Below are positions 39,411-50,093 of a stretch of 64,000 bases of DNA, piece by piece. Under the pieces are notes generated by a model. It made no database searches. It was not told the origin of the DNA and saw nothing but the letters and a program-made list of their open reading frames with translations. Each line of letters starts with the position of its first letter. Position 1 is the stretch's first letter. The translations under genes and the position numbers were made by a program. Source of the DNA: an uncultured Phycisphaerales bacterium (lineage in GTDB: Bacteria > Planctomycetota > Phycisphaerae > Tepidisphaerales > Tepidisphaeraceae); contig CAVWVQ010000003.1 of the NCBI GenBank assembly GCA_963758525.1, forward strand, positions 1,088,001-1,152,000. Direction: 5' to 3'.

Positions 39411-40046
39411 TCAACTCCGAGTTCGCAAAAACACGTCCGCTCCCTCCCGCGTCATTTCGAAATACCAAAGCCCGCGTGCGTGCCTGTCCTGTCGTTCGAC
39501 TTCCACCGGAGTGAAACCGAGACGACGGTAGAAGCCTTCTGATCGCTGGAGCGAATGAAGCCCGACGCGGCCGCCGTACTCTAAATCCACGCTGAGCCTT
39601 ACCGCTCCGTCCAATAAGTGCGACCCAACCGCTCCGAAGCGAGGCCGGTCCACAAGGTCTTCGTTGTTCCACGGAGCATTCTGTACATAATCAACATAGA
39701 CTAGCGGTTTGCCGGCATCGGGTTGTTTGTGCGCCGCGTAACCATCCGTCACCAACATCATTAGCCCCTGCATTATACCCTCGCATTCGATGGCCAAGCT
39801 GCGGTACGCCGCCAAGCTGAGGAAACTGGATTTTGCCAGCCAATCCCAATGTTGATGCTCCAGGGAAGGCAAGCCGAGCTGCCGTCGACGTTCGATGCCT
39901 GCTTCCCAGATCGGTTGCCACACAGCCACGTTTTCGGCAATCACCGATGCAGGCACGTCCAGACAGAGAGAGGCCCCGACCAGTTGACCGCGCTGGCTTC
40001 CGCGGCGGGTATGCTTGTCTTCGAGCTTAATCGGGAAACGCGTCAT
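39411..40046 (-). CDS. GNAT family acetyltransferase (putative toxin)
   Basis: VYVDYVQNAPWN...RFGAVGSHLL...GRVGLHSL...EGFYRRLGF. Confidence 0.8.
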   Translation of the reverse strand: MTRFPIKLEDKHTRRGSQRGQLVGASLCLDVPASVIAENVAVWQPIWEAGIERRRQLGLPSLEHQHWDWLAKSSFLSLAAYRSLAIECEGIMQGLMMLVTDGYAAHKQPDAGKPLVYVDYVQNAPWNNEDLVDRPRFGAVGSHLLDGAVRLSVDLEYGGRVGLHSLQRSEGFYRRLGFTPVEVERQDRHARGLWYFEMTREGADVFLRTRS

Positions 40047-40252
40047 AGCACCAAGAGTTCCGCCTTCTTGTTCTTGGAGTCTTCCATAAAGAGCTTGCCA
40101 CCTTTGGCCAGCTTGAAGTCAACCAACTGGTATAGCCTCAGGGCATGGCGGAGAACAGCCGTCTTGCTCATCTCCTTTTTCGCGGCCAGTTCTTCAAGTA
40201 CTTCCATCTCACGAACCGTGAGATTCAGAGTCATGGTTTTCTTATCTTCCAT
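40043..40252 (-). CDS. Ribbon-helix-helix (CopG-like) protein, putative antitoxin
   Basis: TMTLNLTVREMEVLEELAAKKEMSKTAVLRHAL; ATGA overlap with the GNAT; TTGACT-N18-TATCTT upstream. Confidence 0.8.
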   Translation of the reverse strand: MEDKKTMTLNLTVREMEVLEELAAKKEMSKTAVLRHALRLYQLVDFKLAKGGKLFMEDSKNKKAELLVL

Positions 40253-40410
40253 GGATGAGAAGATACATGAAAAATAGCTAAAAAGTCAACCACGACATCC
40301 GGTTATTTCGAGCTTTACGCTGGTTGATAACTCGGGTCCGACGACCGCATTGCATTCATCCAGCGCTGTAGACTGCGCGGAACTTCGAAGGGGCTATTCT
40401 ATCGGCAGCG

Positions 40411-41194
40411 TCATGTCCGTCGCAGAAATCGCATCGCACGATACGCCAGAACGATTTTTTCAACGTTGAAGCGGTGAATCGCCCGGCTGAATCTGTCGTC
40501 TCCGACGTATCGAGCGGCGACACGATATTGCTCGTCGAATTGCCTGCGGTCGATCTTGCCGGATTTGCTCTGCGGGTGCAGTCGGAACTGCGAGAGCACT
40601 TGCGGGACGATGAGCGGACCGCCGCGCGCCCCCATGCGCAGCCAGAGGTCGTAGTCCATGGTCCAGTGGAGCGATTCGTCCAGCGGGCCGATCTCCCGGC
40701 CGAAGTCGCGACGCCAGAAGACTGACGGCTGGGAGATGAAGTTTTCCCGGAGCAGCTTGCGATAGTGATAGCGGCGGAGCCCGCGATCTTTGTAGCGAAC
40801 GATCGACTGCCGGATGGGCCGGCCCCTGGCGTCGATGATTTCGTACCGTCCGACGAGCCATTGAGCCTCAGGTTGGCGCGCAAAGGCGTCGGCCACGATC
40901 TGCAGCGCGCACGGGCTTGTAAAGGTCGTCGCTGTTCAGCCAAGCGACCACATCGCCGTCGGCAAGCGCAAGGCCTTTGTTGATTGCGTGCGACTGCCCC
41001 CGGTCCGGCTCGCTGATCCACGTGAGTCTTGATTCGTGAAGTGTTGTGAGCAGGTTTGAGGTGCCGTCGGTGCTTTGGGCATCGATGACGATCCATTGCA
41101 GATCAAAATCGCCGGACTGGGAGAGGATGCTGCGGGCAGTGTGTGCCAGGAACGGAGCCTGGTTGAACGAGGGGGTGATGATGCTGATCCGCAT
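40411..41194 (-). CDS. Glycosyltransferase family 2 (frameshift near 40905)
   Basis: ISIITPSFNQ, EPDRGQSHAINKG, LNSDD, then ISQPSVFWRR, MDYDLWLR in the next frame. Confidence 0.85.
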
Positions 41195-41353
41195 GGTGCT
41201 TCCCGCGCTGGGCCGGCATCATACAGTGGAACTGCACCTTCCGAAGTTGAGTCCTGTTTTTCCGAGTGGGCAACCTCAACTGGTGGGCAGCAGTCCGAAT
41301 CACCTGTTGGGGCTGCGTCTGGCATTGGGTGGCGTGGCGTCTCTTTTCAGAGC

Positions 41354-41469
41354 AGAAATGTCCAAGGCCCAATGGCCAACAAAGCCCCAAGGTCCAGGGC
41401 CAAAGGCTGGTTCTCCCATTGGTCATTGCGATTTGGGATTTTGTTGGCCATTGGGCATTGGGCATTTCT
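41354..41469. repeat. Inverted-repeat element built from ~7-nt units
   Basis: Arm GAAATGTCCAAGGCCCAATGGCCAACAAA and its near-perfect reverse complement (27/29). Confidence 0.8.
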
Positions 41470-41676
41470 TAGTTTCCCTCATCTCTTTTCGGAGCAGTAC
41501 CAGGGGAGGGGAAAGAGAGTTCCCAAAGTGTCACACACCCCCCGGCATGCCTGGCGGGACTATCTTGTCACGTCGTCAAACGTTTGTATGATCCACCCAC
41601 CAACCCACTCGGCGGCCAAAACGCTGCTGATCCATGTCGGAGTTCTCCGGATTGTTGTCTGCTTCCGCAACTGCGC

Positions 41677-43485
41677 ATGGCCATTTCACCCCGGCAATCG
41701 CTGGATCTTTTCTCGCTCCGCGCACGCTATGGGCACGGGGATTCCCCCGGCCGATTCCTGCGCGAGCTGATCGAGCGCATCGACGCGCACCAGGGAAAAG
41801 GCATTTGGATTCACCGGCTGTCGCTCGAACAAGTCATGGATCAACTGGCAGTAGCGGAACAACGGCAGCATGCAGACGGTCCACTACCCCTGTTTGGGGT
41901 GCCGTTCGCGATCAAGGACAATATCGATCTGGCAGGGCACCCGACGTCAGCGGCGTGCCCGGAGTTTACGTATTTGCCGACAAAATCAGCGACGGCGGTC
42001 GAGCGATTATTGGCCGCGGGGGCCATAGCGATCGGCAAGACCAACCTCGATCAATTTGCCCTCGGTCTGGTCGGAACGCGTTCGCCGTTTGGGGCTTGCG
42101 AAAATGCATTTGACGCCCGGTATATCTCCGGAGGCTCCAGTTCCGGATCGGCGGTGGCCGTGGCGGCGGGACTGGTCAGCTTCGCGCTGGCGACAGACAC
42201 GGCAGGCTCCGGGCGTGTGCCGGCGGGATTCAACAATATCGTCGGGCTGAAGCCAACACGCGGGCGCATCAGCGCGGCGGGCGTCACTGCGGCGTGTCAA
42301 TCGCTCGATTGCGTCTCAATCATGGCGTTGACGTGCCGCGATGCCGCGGAGATTGCGCAACTCGCCGCCGGGTACGATCCGCTGGACCCCTATTCGCGGC
42401 AGAAGGAGGAGATTCCGGCGCGCACCGTGCCTGTCACGGAGGCACGCGTCGGCATTCCCGCGACGGCGCATCTGGAGTTTTTTGGCAACTCGACGGTCGA
42501 AAAGCAGTATCGCCGGGCGATCGATCGGATGAAATCGATGGGAGCCGAACTGGTGGAGATCGACTTCGATCCGCTCCACCAGACGGCGGCACTCTTGTAT
42601 GGGGGCCCATGGGTTGCAGAGCGCCTGACGGTCGTCAAGCATCTCCTGGCTGATGCCCCCGATGCGATCCTGCCGGTCACGCGATCCATTCTCAGCGGAG
42701 CACGCAAAGTCACCGGCGTCGATGCCTTTGAGGGGATGCATTTGCTGCAGAAACTCCGGCGGCAGACCGCCGCAATCTGGCAAAATATCGATCTCCTGCT
42801 GGTTCCGACTGCGGGAACGATCTACACGATTGCCCAGGTCGAAGAAAACCCAATCCAGACCAATATCAATCTTGGCTACTACACGAATTTCGTGAACCTG
42901 CTCGATCTCTGCGCGCTGGCGGTCCCGGCAGGCTTTGGCGCTGATGGGCTTCCGGTGGGCGTCACCATGATTGCGCCGGCGGGTCAGGACCAGACTCTGC
43001 TGGAAATCGGCCGGCAATTTCATCGCGAGCAAGATCTTCCGCTGGGAGCTACGGGAGTGCATCTGGCCGAGGACGATTCGCCGCTTCTCACGGACCAGCA
43101 AGGGGTGCGCGTCGCAGTCGTCGGCGCACATCTCAGCGGCCAGCCGCTGAACTGGCAACTGACGGATCGTCGCGCCCGATTGATCGGCGCGGCCCGGACC
43201 GCGCCGCGATATCAGTTGTATGCGCTTCCGGGAACCAGCCCTCCCAAGCCGGGGTTGGTGCAAACCGGTGAAGGCGGCGCGTCCATCGAACTGGAAATCT
43301 GGGAGATGTCGATCGAGGCGTTTGGAAGCTTCGTCGCCGCCATTCCACCACCTTTGGTCATTGGAACCATCGCCCTAGAGGACGGGACGCTTGTGAAGAG
43401 CTTCTTGTGCGAAGCGTTGGCGGTTCAAGGCGCTCGGAACATCTCCCACTTTGGAGGCTGGCGGGCATTTCTCGCCGGCACGTGA
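41677..43485 (+). CDS. atzF: Allophanate hydrolase
   Basis: Amidase signature (PFAIKDNID, GGSSSGSAVAV, TDTAGSGRVPA) plus C-terminal VVGAHLSGQPLNWQL...HFGGWRAF domain. Confidence 0.95.
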   Translation: MAISPRQSLDLFSLRARYGHGDSPGRFLRELIERIDAHQGKGIWIHRLSLEQVMDQLAVAEQRQHADGPLPLFGVPFAIKDNIDLAGHPTSAACPEFTYLPTKSATAVERLLAAGAIAIGKTNLDQFALGLVGTRSPFGACENAFDARYISGGSSSGSAVAVAAGLVSFALATDTAGSGRVPAGFNNIVGLKPTRGRISAAGVTAACQSLDCVSIMALTCRDAAEIAQLAAGYDPLDPYSRQKEEIPARTVPVTEARVGIPATAHLEFFGNSTVEKQYRRAIDRMKSMGAELVEIDFDPLHQTAALLYGGPWVAERLTVVKHLLADAPDAILPVTRSILSGARKVTGVDAFEGMHLLQKLRRQTAAIWQNIDLLLVPTAGTIYTIAQVEENPIQTNINLGYYTNFVNLLDLCALAVPAGFGADGLPVGVTMIAPAGQDQTLLEIGRQFHREQDLPLGATGVHLAEDDSPLLTDQQGVRVAVVGAHLSGQPLNWQLTDRRARLIGAARTAPRYQLYALPGTSPPKPGLVQTGEGGASIELEIWEMSIEAFGSFVAAIPPPLVIGTIALEDGTLVKSFLCEALAVQGARNISHFGGWRAFLAGT

Positions 43486-43598
43486 GCGACGCGCCATGGG
43501 TCCGACGTTTGCTTTAACTATCAATGGATGAAAGATTTGCGATCATTGCCGCGCAGTCATTGGGCAATACCCCCGCTGGATAAGGGAAATCCCGATCG

Positions 43599-46500
43599 AT
43601 GACGCTCTTTTGGGCAAAACGACGTCGCCTGTTACATCCGCGCTGGCGGGTGTTATGGGGCCTCGTGCTCGCATTGCTCGGCTCGGGCATCCTTCTCTCC
43701 ACGCTGCTCTTCAGCTACGGCCGGGCGTGGGAACAGAGGGGCTTGCAGGACGAGATCGACGCGCGCGCCGCCGAACGAGTGGAGGTGTTGCGCAACAAGA
43801 TCACCGCATCGATGGGCGTCTTGCATGGGATCGAATCACTGTTCGCGACGCGCGGCACCGTCTCCCGGCAGGATTTCGCGGAGTTTGTCTCCGGTGCGCT
43901 GGCGCGTCAGCCAGAACTGCGGGGTGTTGGTTGGACGCCGCGCGTCCTGGCTGAGCAGCGCAGCGCATATGAGGCAGCGGCAAGAAAGGACGGCCTTCGC
44001 GATTTTCAATTCGTCGAACGCGACGCATCGGGCAAGGTCGTTCGTTCCGGACAGAAAGCTGAATACCTCCCCATCTATTACCTGGAGCCCGACTCGTCGA
44101 ACCGCGTGGCAATCGGATTCGAACTGAACTCCAGCGACATTCGCCGCGCGACTCTGGAGAAAGCGTGGCTCAGCGGGGAAGCGGCGGCGACGCCGCCGTT
44201 GCGACTGATCCAAGGACCCGACAAGGACGCCGGTTTCGTCGTCTGGTTGCCCATTTATGGCCCAGGGCCGCATCCGACCGAAGCGGATCGCAAGCGTCTG
44301 CTGACCGGTTTCGCGTCGGCGGTCTTTACGGTCGACGATCTGCTGGCGCCCTGCGTGAGCGATCTTCCGAATCAGGGGCTCGCGGTGACCGTCACCGACA
44401 GCGAGATGCCCGAATCGCGCATCTATCAATTCGCGGCCGTCGGCGCTTCACCGCTGTCAGCCGGGCTTGCGGCATCGGCGTCGCTGGACGTAGCCGGGCA
44501 GCGCTGGACCCTGCAATTGCGCCCGACGAAAGGCTTCGTCGCCGCTCACAGCACGCTGCATCCTCAGATGATCTTTGGCACGTCGCTTCTCATCACGCTG
44601 CTGCTGTGCATTTGCGTGGCGGGCGGCCTGATGCAGACGGCGCGCGTGGAGCGGCGGGTGCAGGACCGCACCGCCGAGTTGTCGCACGAAATCGCCGACC
44701 GCAAGCGCACGGAGGAAGCGGCCCGCATCGCCGAGGCCAAGTTCCGCAGCATCGTTGAAAATACCGTCGAAGGCATTTTCCAGACCAGCCTCGACGGGCA
44801 CTATCTCAGCGCCAACGCGGCGCTGGCGCGCATCTATGCATACGACTCGCCGGAGGAGCTGATCGCGTGTTTGCCCAACATCGCCGACCAGTTGTACGTG
44901 CAGCCAGGCCGGCGCAATGACTTCACGCGCATGGTGCAGCGTGTGGGAGTGGTTTCGGGGTTCGAATCGCAGGTGCGCCGCCACGATGGGACGGTGATCT
45001 GGATTTCGGAGAACGCCCGCGCGGTCCGCGGACCCAGTTCGGAGGTGCTCTATTACGAGGGCACGGTGATCGACATCACGGCCCGCAAGGTCGCCGAAGA
45101 GTCGCTGCGCCGCGCCGCGCCGAGCTGGAAACGCGCGTGCAGGAGCGGACCGCCGAGCTGGCGCTGTCGAACGCGAAGCTGCAGGAGGAAATCGCCGTGC
45201 GCCAGCGGGCCCAGGACGACGCCGCCGCCGCCAACGCGGCCAAGAGCGATTTCCTGGCGCGGATGAGCCACGAAATCCGCACGCCGATGAACGCGATCCT
45301 GGGATACGCGCAGATCCTGCAGCGCGACCCCACCCTGTCGAAAAAGCACTTCGACTGCATCAACACAGTGATGGCCAGCGGAAAACACCTGCTGGAGCTG
45401 ATTGACGACGTGCTGGATCTTTCCAAGATCGAAGCCGGGCATGTCGAACTGGAGTGTTGCGACTTCAACCTTGGGTTGATGATCCAGGGGGTCTTGAACA
45501 TGTTCCGCGCCCGCTGTGCGCAGAAGCGGATTCTGCTGCGCGCGGAAGTGGCCGACAGCGCGCTGGCAATCGTTCGCGGCGACGAGCGCAAGCTGCGGCA
45601 GGTGCTGGTGAATCTGATCGGCAATGCCGTGAAATTCACCGACGACGGCGCCGTCACGCTGCGGGCGCGGCGGGAGGAGAAGGACCTCTATCGCTTTGAG
45701 GTGATCGACACCGGTGCCGGGATCCCGGCCGAGTCGATGCCGCTGGTGTTCGAACCGTTCCGGCAAACATCCGCCGGCCGCAGTCGCGGCGGGACAGGTC
45801 TGGGATTGCCCATCGCCCGCCAGCATGTGGAGATGATGGGCGGAGAGTTGTGCGTCATCTCCACGCCCGGGGCGGGATCGCGCTTTTACTTTGCGATTCG
45901 CCTGCCCGCATCGGCGCGCTCCGCGGCGGCGATGGAATCGGGCATGGCATGGAACAGTGAATCACTTCACCTGGCGCCAAACTGCCGGGTCCGCGCGCTT
46001 GTCGTCGACGATCTGGAAGAGAACCGCACGGTCCTCGCCGAATTGCTCCGCGGCATCGGATGTGAAGCAGTCACCGCCGCCAGTGGCGAAGAAGCGATGC
46101 GCATCGCCGAAGCCCAGCCCTTTGACGTGGCCCTGATTGACATTCTCATGCCCGGTTTGGACGGCATTGAAACCGCGGCGCGCCTGCGCGGCAAGCCGAT
46201 CAAGCTGGTCGCCGTCACCGCGTCCGCATTTATCCATGAACAGGAACGCTGGCGCTCAGCTGGCTTTGACGACGTGATCGTCAAGCCGGTTCTCTCGCAG
46301 CGGTTATGCCTGAGCCTCAGCACATTGCCGAACGTGGAGTTTCACCACGTCGCGCCGTCGCATGATGAGGCCGGCGGGCTCTTGCCGTGCGAGCCTGGGC
46401 CGGCGATCGAATCCTGCGATTCGGTCGGACTTCCCGAGGAACTGCGCCGGCGAATGCTTGCCGCCGCCGAAGTGCATGGCGTCACCGCGCTTCGGCAGTG

Positions 46501-46678
46501 CATCGATCATGCCGAACAACTCTCGCCGGCGGCGCACGGCTTCTGCGATCGGCTGCGGCGCTCGCTGCACGATTACGACATGCAGCAGATCGTCGATCTT
46601 CTGTCGCGCCAGCCCGGCGGAGCGCTCGTCACCGCCGACGAGGGGGAACTCGAACAGGCCGCGTCCGATTGGGCGTAA
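43599..46678 (+). CDS. Hybrid sensor histidine kinase TM-CHASE-TM-PAS-HisKA-HATPase-REC (frameshift near 45115)
   Basis: CHASE-like YLPIYYLEP...[61 protein letters not shown]. Confidence 0.9.
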
Positions 46679-46688
46679 GAGCCGGACG

Positions 46689-48248
46689 ATGAGATCCATG
46701 ATGTCCGATGCCAGCGTCATTTCCGCGCAGGAAACTCAAATCCTGCTGGTCGATGACACGCCTGCGAATCTCGACGTGCTGACCGGGCTTCTGGAGCCGC
46801 AGGGGTATCGTGTGCTGGCTGCTCCCAACGGCGAGGTGGCGCTGCGCGTCGCCGCCCGCGCCAAGCCCGATCTGATCCTGCTCGACGTGCTGATGCCCGA
46901 ACTCGACGGGTATGAAACCTGCCGGCGATTGAAGGCCTCGCAGGAGACTCGCGATATTCCGGTTGTCTTCATCAGCGCGCTGGAGGAGATCAATGATCTG
47001 GTGCTGGGATACCGCGCCGGAGGAGCCGACTACATCACCAAGCCCTTCCGCGCCGAGGAAGTGCTGGTGCGCGTGGAAACGCTCCTGCGAGTCAGCCGGC
47101 TGACACGCCAGTTGCAGGCGAACAATCAGGAACTCGAGCAGCGCGGCGCCGAGCTTTCCGCGACGAATCATCGGCTGCAGGAGGAGATCGACCGGCGCGA
47201 GCGCGCCGAGGTTGCGCTGGATGCGGTGGACAAGCAGCTTTCCGATTTGTCCGACCGCGAAGCGCGGCAATGGGGAATCGAAGGATTCATCGGCCGCAGC
47301 CGCACCCTGGGGAAGACCATCGACGACATCAAACGGCTGCGCAACTTCGGCTCGGTCAATGTGGTCATCACCGGAGAGAGCGGCACCGGCAAAGAGCTGG
47401 TCGCCCGGGCGATTCATTTCAGCGGCGCCCGTGCCAAGGGCCCGTTCGTCCCGATCAACTGCGTCGCCATCCCGCAGGAACTGGCCGAGTCGATGCTCTT
47501 CGGACACCTGCGCGGCGCATTCACGGGCGCGACGATGGACCGGCGCGGCTACTTCGAAATGGCTCACGGCGGGACGCTGTTCCTCGACGAGATCGGCGAC
47601 ATGCCGATGCCATTGCAGGCCAAGCTGCTGCGCGTCCTCGAAGACGGCTGGGTCACGCCGGTGGGGGCGAGCAAGCCCAAAGCCGTCGACGTGCGGATCG
47701 TGGCCGCGACCAACGCCGATCTGCAGACGAAGATCGCCGACGGCTCGTTCCGCGAAGACCTCTTTTTCCGTCTCGCGCAATTCACGGTTGACGTCCCCCC
47801 GCTTCGCGAGCGCCGCGAGGATATTCCGCTGCTGGCCGCCCATTTTGTGGAGCTCTTCGCAGCCGAGATGGGAATTGCCGCGCCAAAGATCGACGCGGAT
47901 GCGCTGGCGCTGCTGGCAGCGCATCGCTTCCGCGGAAACATCCGCGAGCTGAAAAACGTGATCGAGCGCGCTCTCATCGAAAACGGCGGCAAAGACGTGC
48001 GGGCGCAGCACCTCTACCTCGGCGCGTCGCGGCCCCCCGCGCCCGCCAGCGCCGCGCGGCCCCCGGCCGCCGCGAGCGAAAGCAGCGAGCCCGGCGGCGA
48101 TCTGCCGCTGAAGCTCGAAGAAGCCGAGACAATTCTCATCAAGCGCGCCTTAGCCGAAACCGGCGGCAACATCGCCGAAGCGGCGCGGAAGCTGGGGGTC
48201 AACCGAACTAGGATTTATCGGAAGCTGGGGACGACCGCAGGGAAATAG
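46689..48248 (+). CDS. Sigma54-dependent response regulator (REC-AAA+-Fis HTH)
   Basis: [57 protein letters not shown]. Confidence 0.93.
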   Translation: MRSMMSDASVISAQETQILLVDDTPANLDVLTGLLEPQGYRVLAAPNGEVALRVAARAKPDLILLDVLMPELDGYETCRRLKASQETRDIPVVFISALEEINDLVLGYRAGGADYITKPFRAEEVLVRVETLLRVSRLTRQLQANNQELEQRGAELSATNHRLQEEIDRRERAEVALDAVDKQLSDLSDREARQWGIEGFIGRSRTLGKTIDDIKRLRNFGSVNVVITGESGTGKELVARAIHFSGARAKGPFVPINCVAIPQELAESMLFGHLRGAFTGATMDRRGYFEMAHGGTLFLDEIGDMPMPLQAKLLRVLEDGWVTPVGASKPKAVDVRIVAATNADLQTKIADGSFREDLFFRLAQFTVDVPPLRERREDIPLLAAHFVELFAAEMGIAAPKIDADALALLAAHRFRGNIRELKNVIERALIENGGKDVRAQHLYLGASRPPAPASAARPPAAASESSEPGGDLPLKLEEAETILIKRALAETGGNIAEAARKLGVNRTRIYRKLGTTAGK

Positions 48249-48255
48249 GGGCCGC

Positions 48256-48640
48256 TTATCTCGTCCGCGTTCGTTTCTTCCAGTGCTTCGGATGCCGGTT
48301 GCAATGCACCACGCAGATCGCCAGCAGCGATTCCGGCAGCACTTGATAGACAATCATGTATTTGAACGAAGTGAGACTATCAGCTTCCTCGCGCACCTCA
48401 TGGATGACGGATCGCCAGTTCGGCTTTCACACGCCGCATGACGACGCGCCAATCCTCGGCGGTGGTCTTCTCCGCGCGAAAGGCTTCCAGACGGCGGCCA
48501 ATCTCCGCTTCCAGGGCATGCCCGTCGCCAGGCTGCTCGCGGCCATCTTCAAGGCTTTCAATCAAGGCCTCGGCAACCGTTGCCCTTTCACCTTTGGACT
48601 ATTGAAGTGCCACGTCGAGAAGATCGGTCACTGGACTCAT
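48256..48640 (-). pseudogene. Decayed addiction module: antitoxin with internal TAG plus RelE/ParE toxin C-terminal remnant
   Basis: MSPVTDLLDVALQ*SKGERATVAEALIESLE...EAEIGRRL (48640-48398), then FKYMIVYQV...ICVVHCNRHPKHWKKR*. Confidence 0.7.
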
Positions 48641-48838
48641 CGGAACTCCTGATTCCCCGATCATCCCATCCACGGGGGCAGGGGGCTTGAGCCATGCGTC
48701 AGCCACCTGCTGGTACGCCGGCGTGTTGTTGCAAACGTCCGCCGGGTGACGCCTGAAACATGTACGGGCGTCCGGCAGCAATCCGGATTCAATTGCTAAA
48801 CCCCAACTCTACAGAAGGTTAGCGTCGCTCGGACGCAT

Positions 48839-48853
48839 TGGCACGCCCATTGT
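48839..48853 (+). promoter_or_regulatory. Sigma54 -24/-12 promoter
   Basis: TGGCAC-GCCCA-TTGT about 100 bp upstream of the transport operon, next to a sigma54 activator gene. Confidence 0.7.
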
Positions 48854-48951
48854 TTTGCGCTGCGGGACAACCGCATCGCGGGCGATGAAGAGACTCTCGG
48901 CTCTTCAGGCAATAGTGCTGCCCGCCAACAGAAAGAATGGGAAAGGCAAAC

Positions 48952-49971
48952 ATGTCGGTACTTCGTATTCTGAGTGCCTCGGCGATCGCCGCGGCGATCG
49001 GCTTTCCGTCATTGGCGCGCGCGGTGGACCTGGTCCCCGCATCCGATGCGCTGTCGCTGACGCCAACTGCTTCTGTGGCGTCCGACGCGAGCGCGTCGTC
49101 GGATCAAACCGCCTCGGTGCTCGATCCGCAGAGCCAATCACAGCAGCAGCACGCGACGTATCTCGACGCCGCTCCGGATGCGCCCAACATTCATGGGTTC
49201 GCGGAGGTTCCGTTTAAGACCGCTTACGTCACGCCGCGCGGCCTCGTTGTTGAAAACCAGGGCCTGGTGATTCAGCCGGTGGTCGGCCTGGTGTTGCCGC
49301 TCGACGACATCGGACCAATCTCCAAAGTCGCCCTGGTCACGGGCGTCTGGAATTCAATCAACCTCAATCAGGGCGACCCGTACGTCGGACCGTGGAACGA
49401 GCTTGACTACTTCGTCAGCCTCTCGGGAAGCGTGGGAAAATTCACCGGCACCGCCACCTATTCTCCCTGGTTCTCCCCCCCGCACGCATTCCACATTGAG
49501 TCCACCTCGGACTTCAAGGTCGCGTACGACGACACCGGCACGATCATGAAGGATTTCGCCTTCAAGCCGTATGTCGACTTCTTCTACTCGATCTCGGGCG
49601 ACTCGACCGTCATCCTCGGTCGTCACGGAAGCACGTATTACTTCGAGCTTGGAATGGCCCCAAGCTACACGCTCAAGGCCAGCGCGGACTATCCGCTGAC
49701 CTTCAGCTTTCCGACGTACTTCTCGGTGGGCCCCAAGAACTATTGGGACACTACCGAAAAGAGCTCGCACTTTGGCGTCTTCTCGACGGCCATCAATGTG
49801 ACGGTGCCGCTCGCGTTCATCCCCATCCGCTACGGAGCCTGGCACGCGGACGCGGGGCTGCAGTATTTCTACCTTCTCAATCACGCGCTGCTCGAAGCCG
49901 GCGGCCTCGCCAGCGGCAACGACAACCGCAACGTGCTCAACGCGTCGGTGGGAGTCGGGTTTAACTTCTGA
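48952..49971 (+). CDS. Putative outer-membrane beta-barrel channel
   Basis: Signal peptide, YVTPRGLV, WNELDY, alternating aromatic strands, C-terminal VGVGFNF. Confidence 0.7.
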   Translation: MSVLRILSASAIAAAIGFPSLARAVDLVPASDALSLTPTASVASDASASSDQTASVLDPQSQSQQQHATYLDAAPDAPNIHGFAEVPFKTAYVTPRGLVVENQGLVIQPVVGLVLPLDDIGPISKVALVTGVWNSINLNQGDPYVGPWNELDYFVSLSGSVGKFTGTATYSPWFSPPHAFHIESTSDFKVAYDDTGTIMKDFAFKPYVDFFYSISGDSTVILGRHGSTYYFELGMAPSYTLKASADYPLTFSFPTYFSVGPKNYWDTTEKSSHFGVFSTAINVTVPLAFIPIRYGAWHADAGLQYFYLLNHALLEAGGLASGNDNRNVLNASVGVGFNF

Positions 49972-50093
49972 TTCGCAAGAACTGGATCCTCGAGCCGGGA
50001 AGGCCGCCCCGCTGCAAAAGCCGCGGAACAACTTCCCGCGGGCAGCCTTCCCGGCCGAGGTTTTACATCAGATCAATCTGTCCATTAAAGGAA

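Noticed and set aside
45100..45140. Programmed frameshift in the kinase (and in ureG)
   Set aside because: No slippery heptamer is visible, and similar shifts occur throughout the window.
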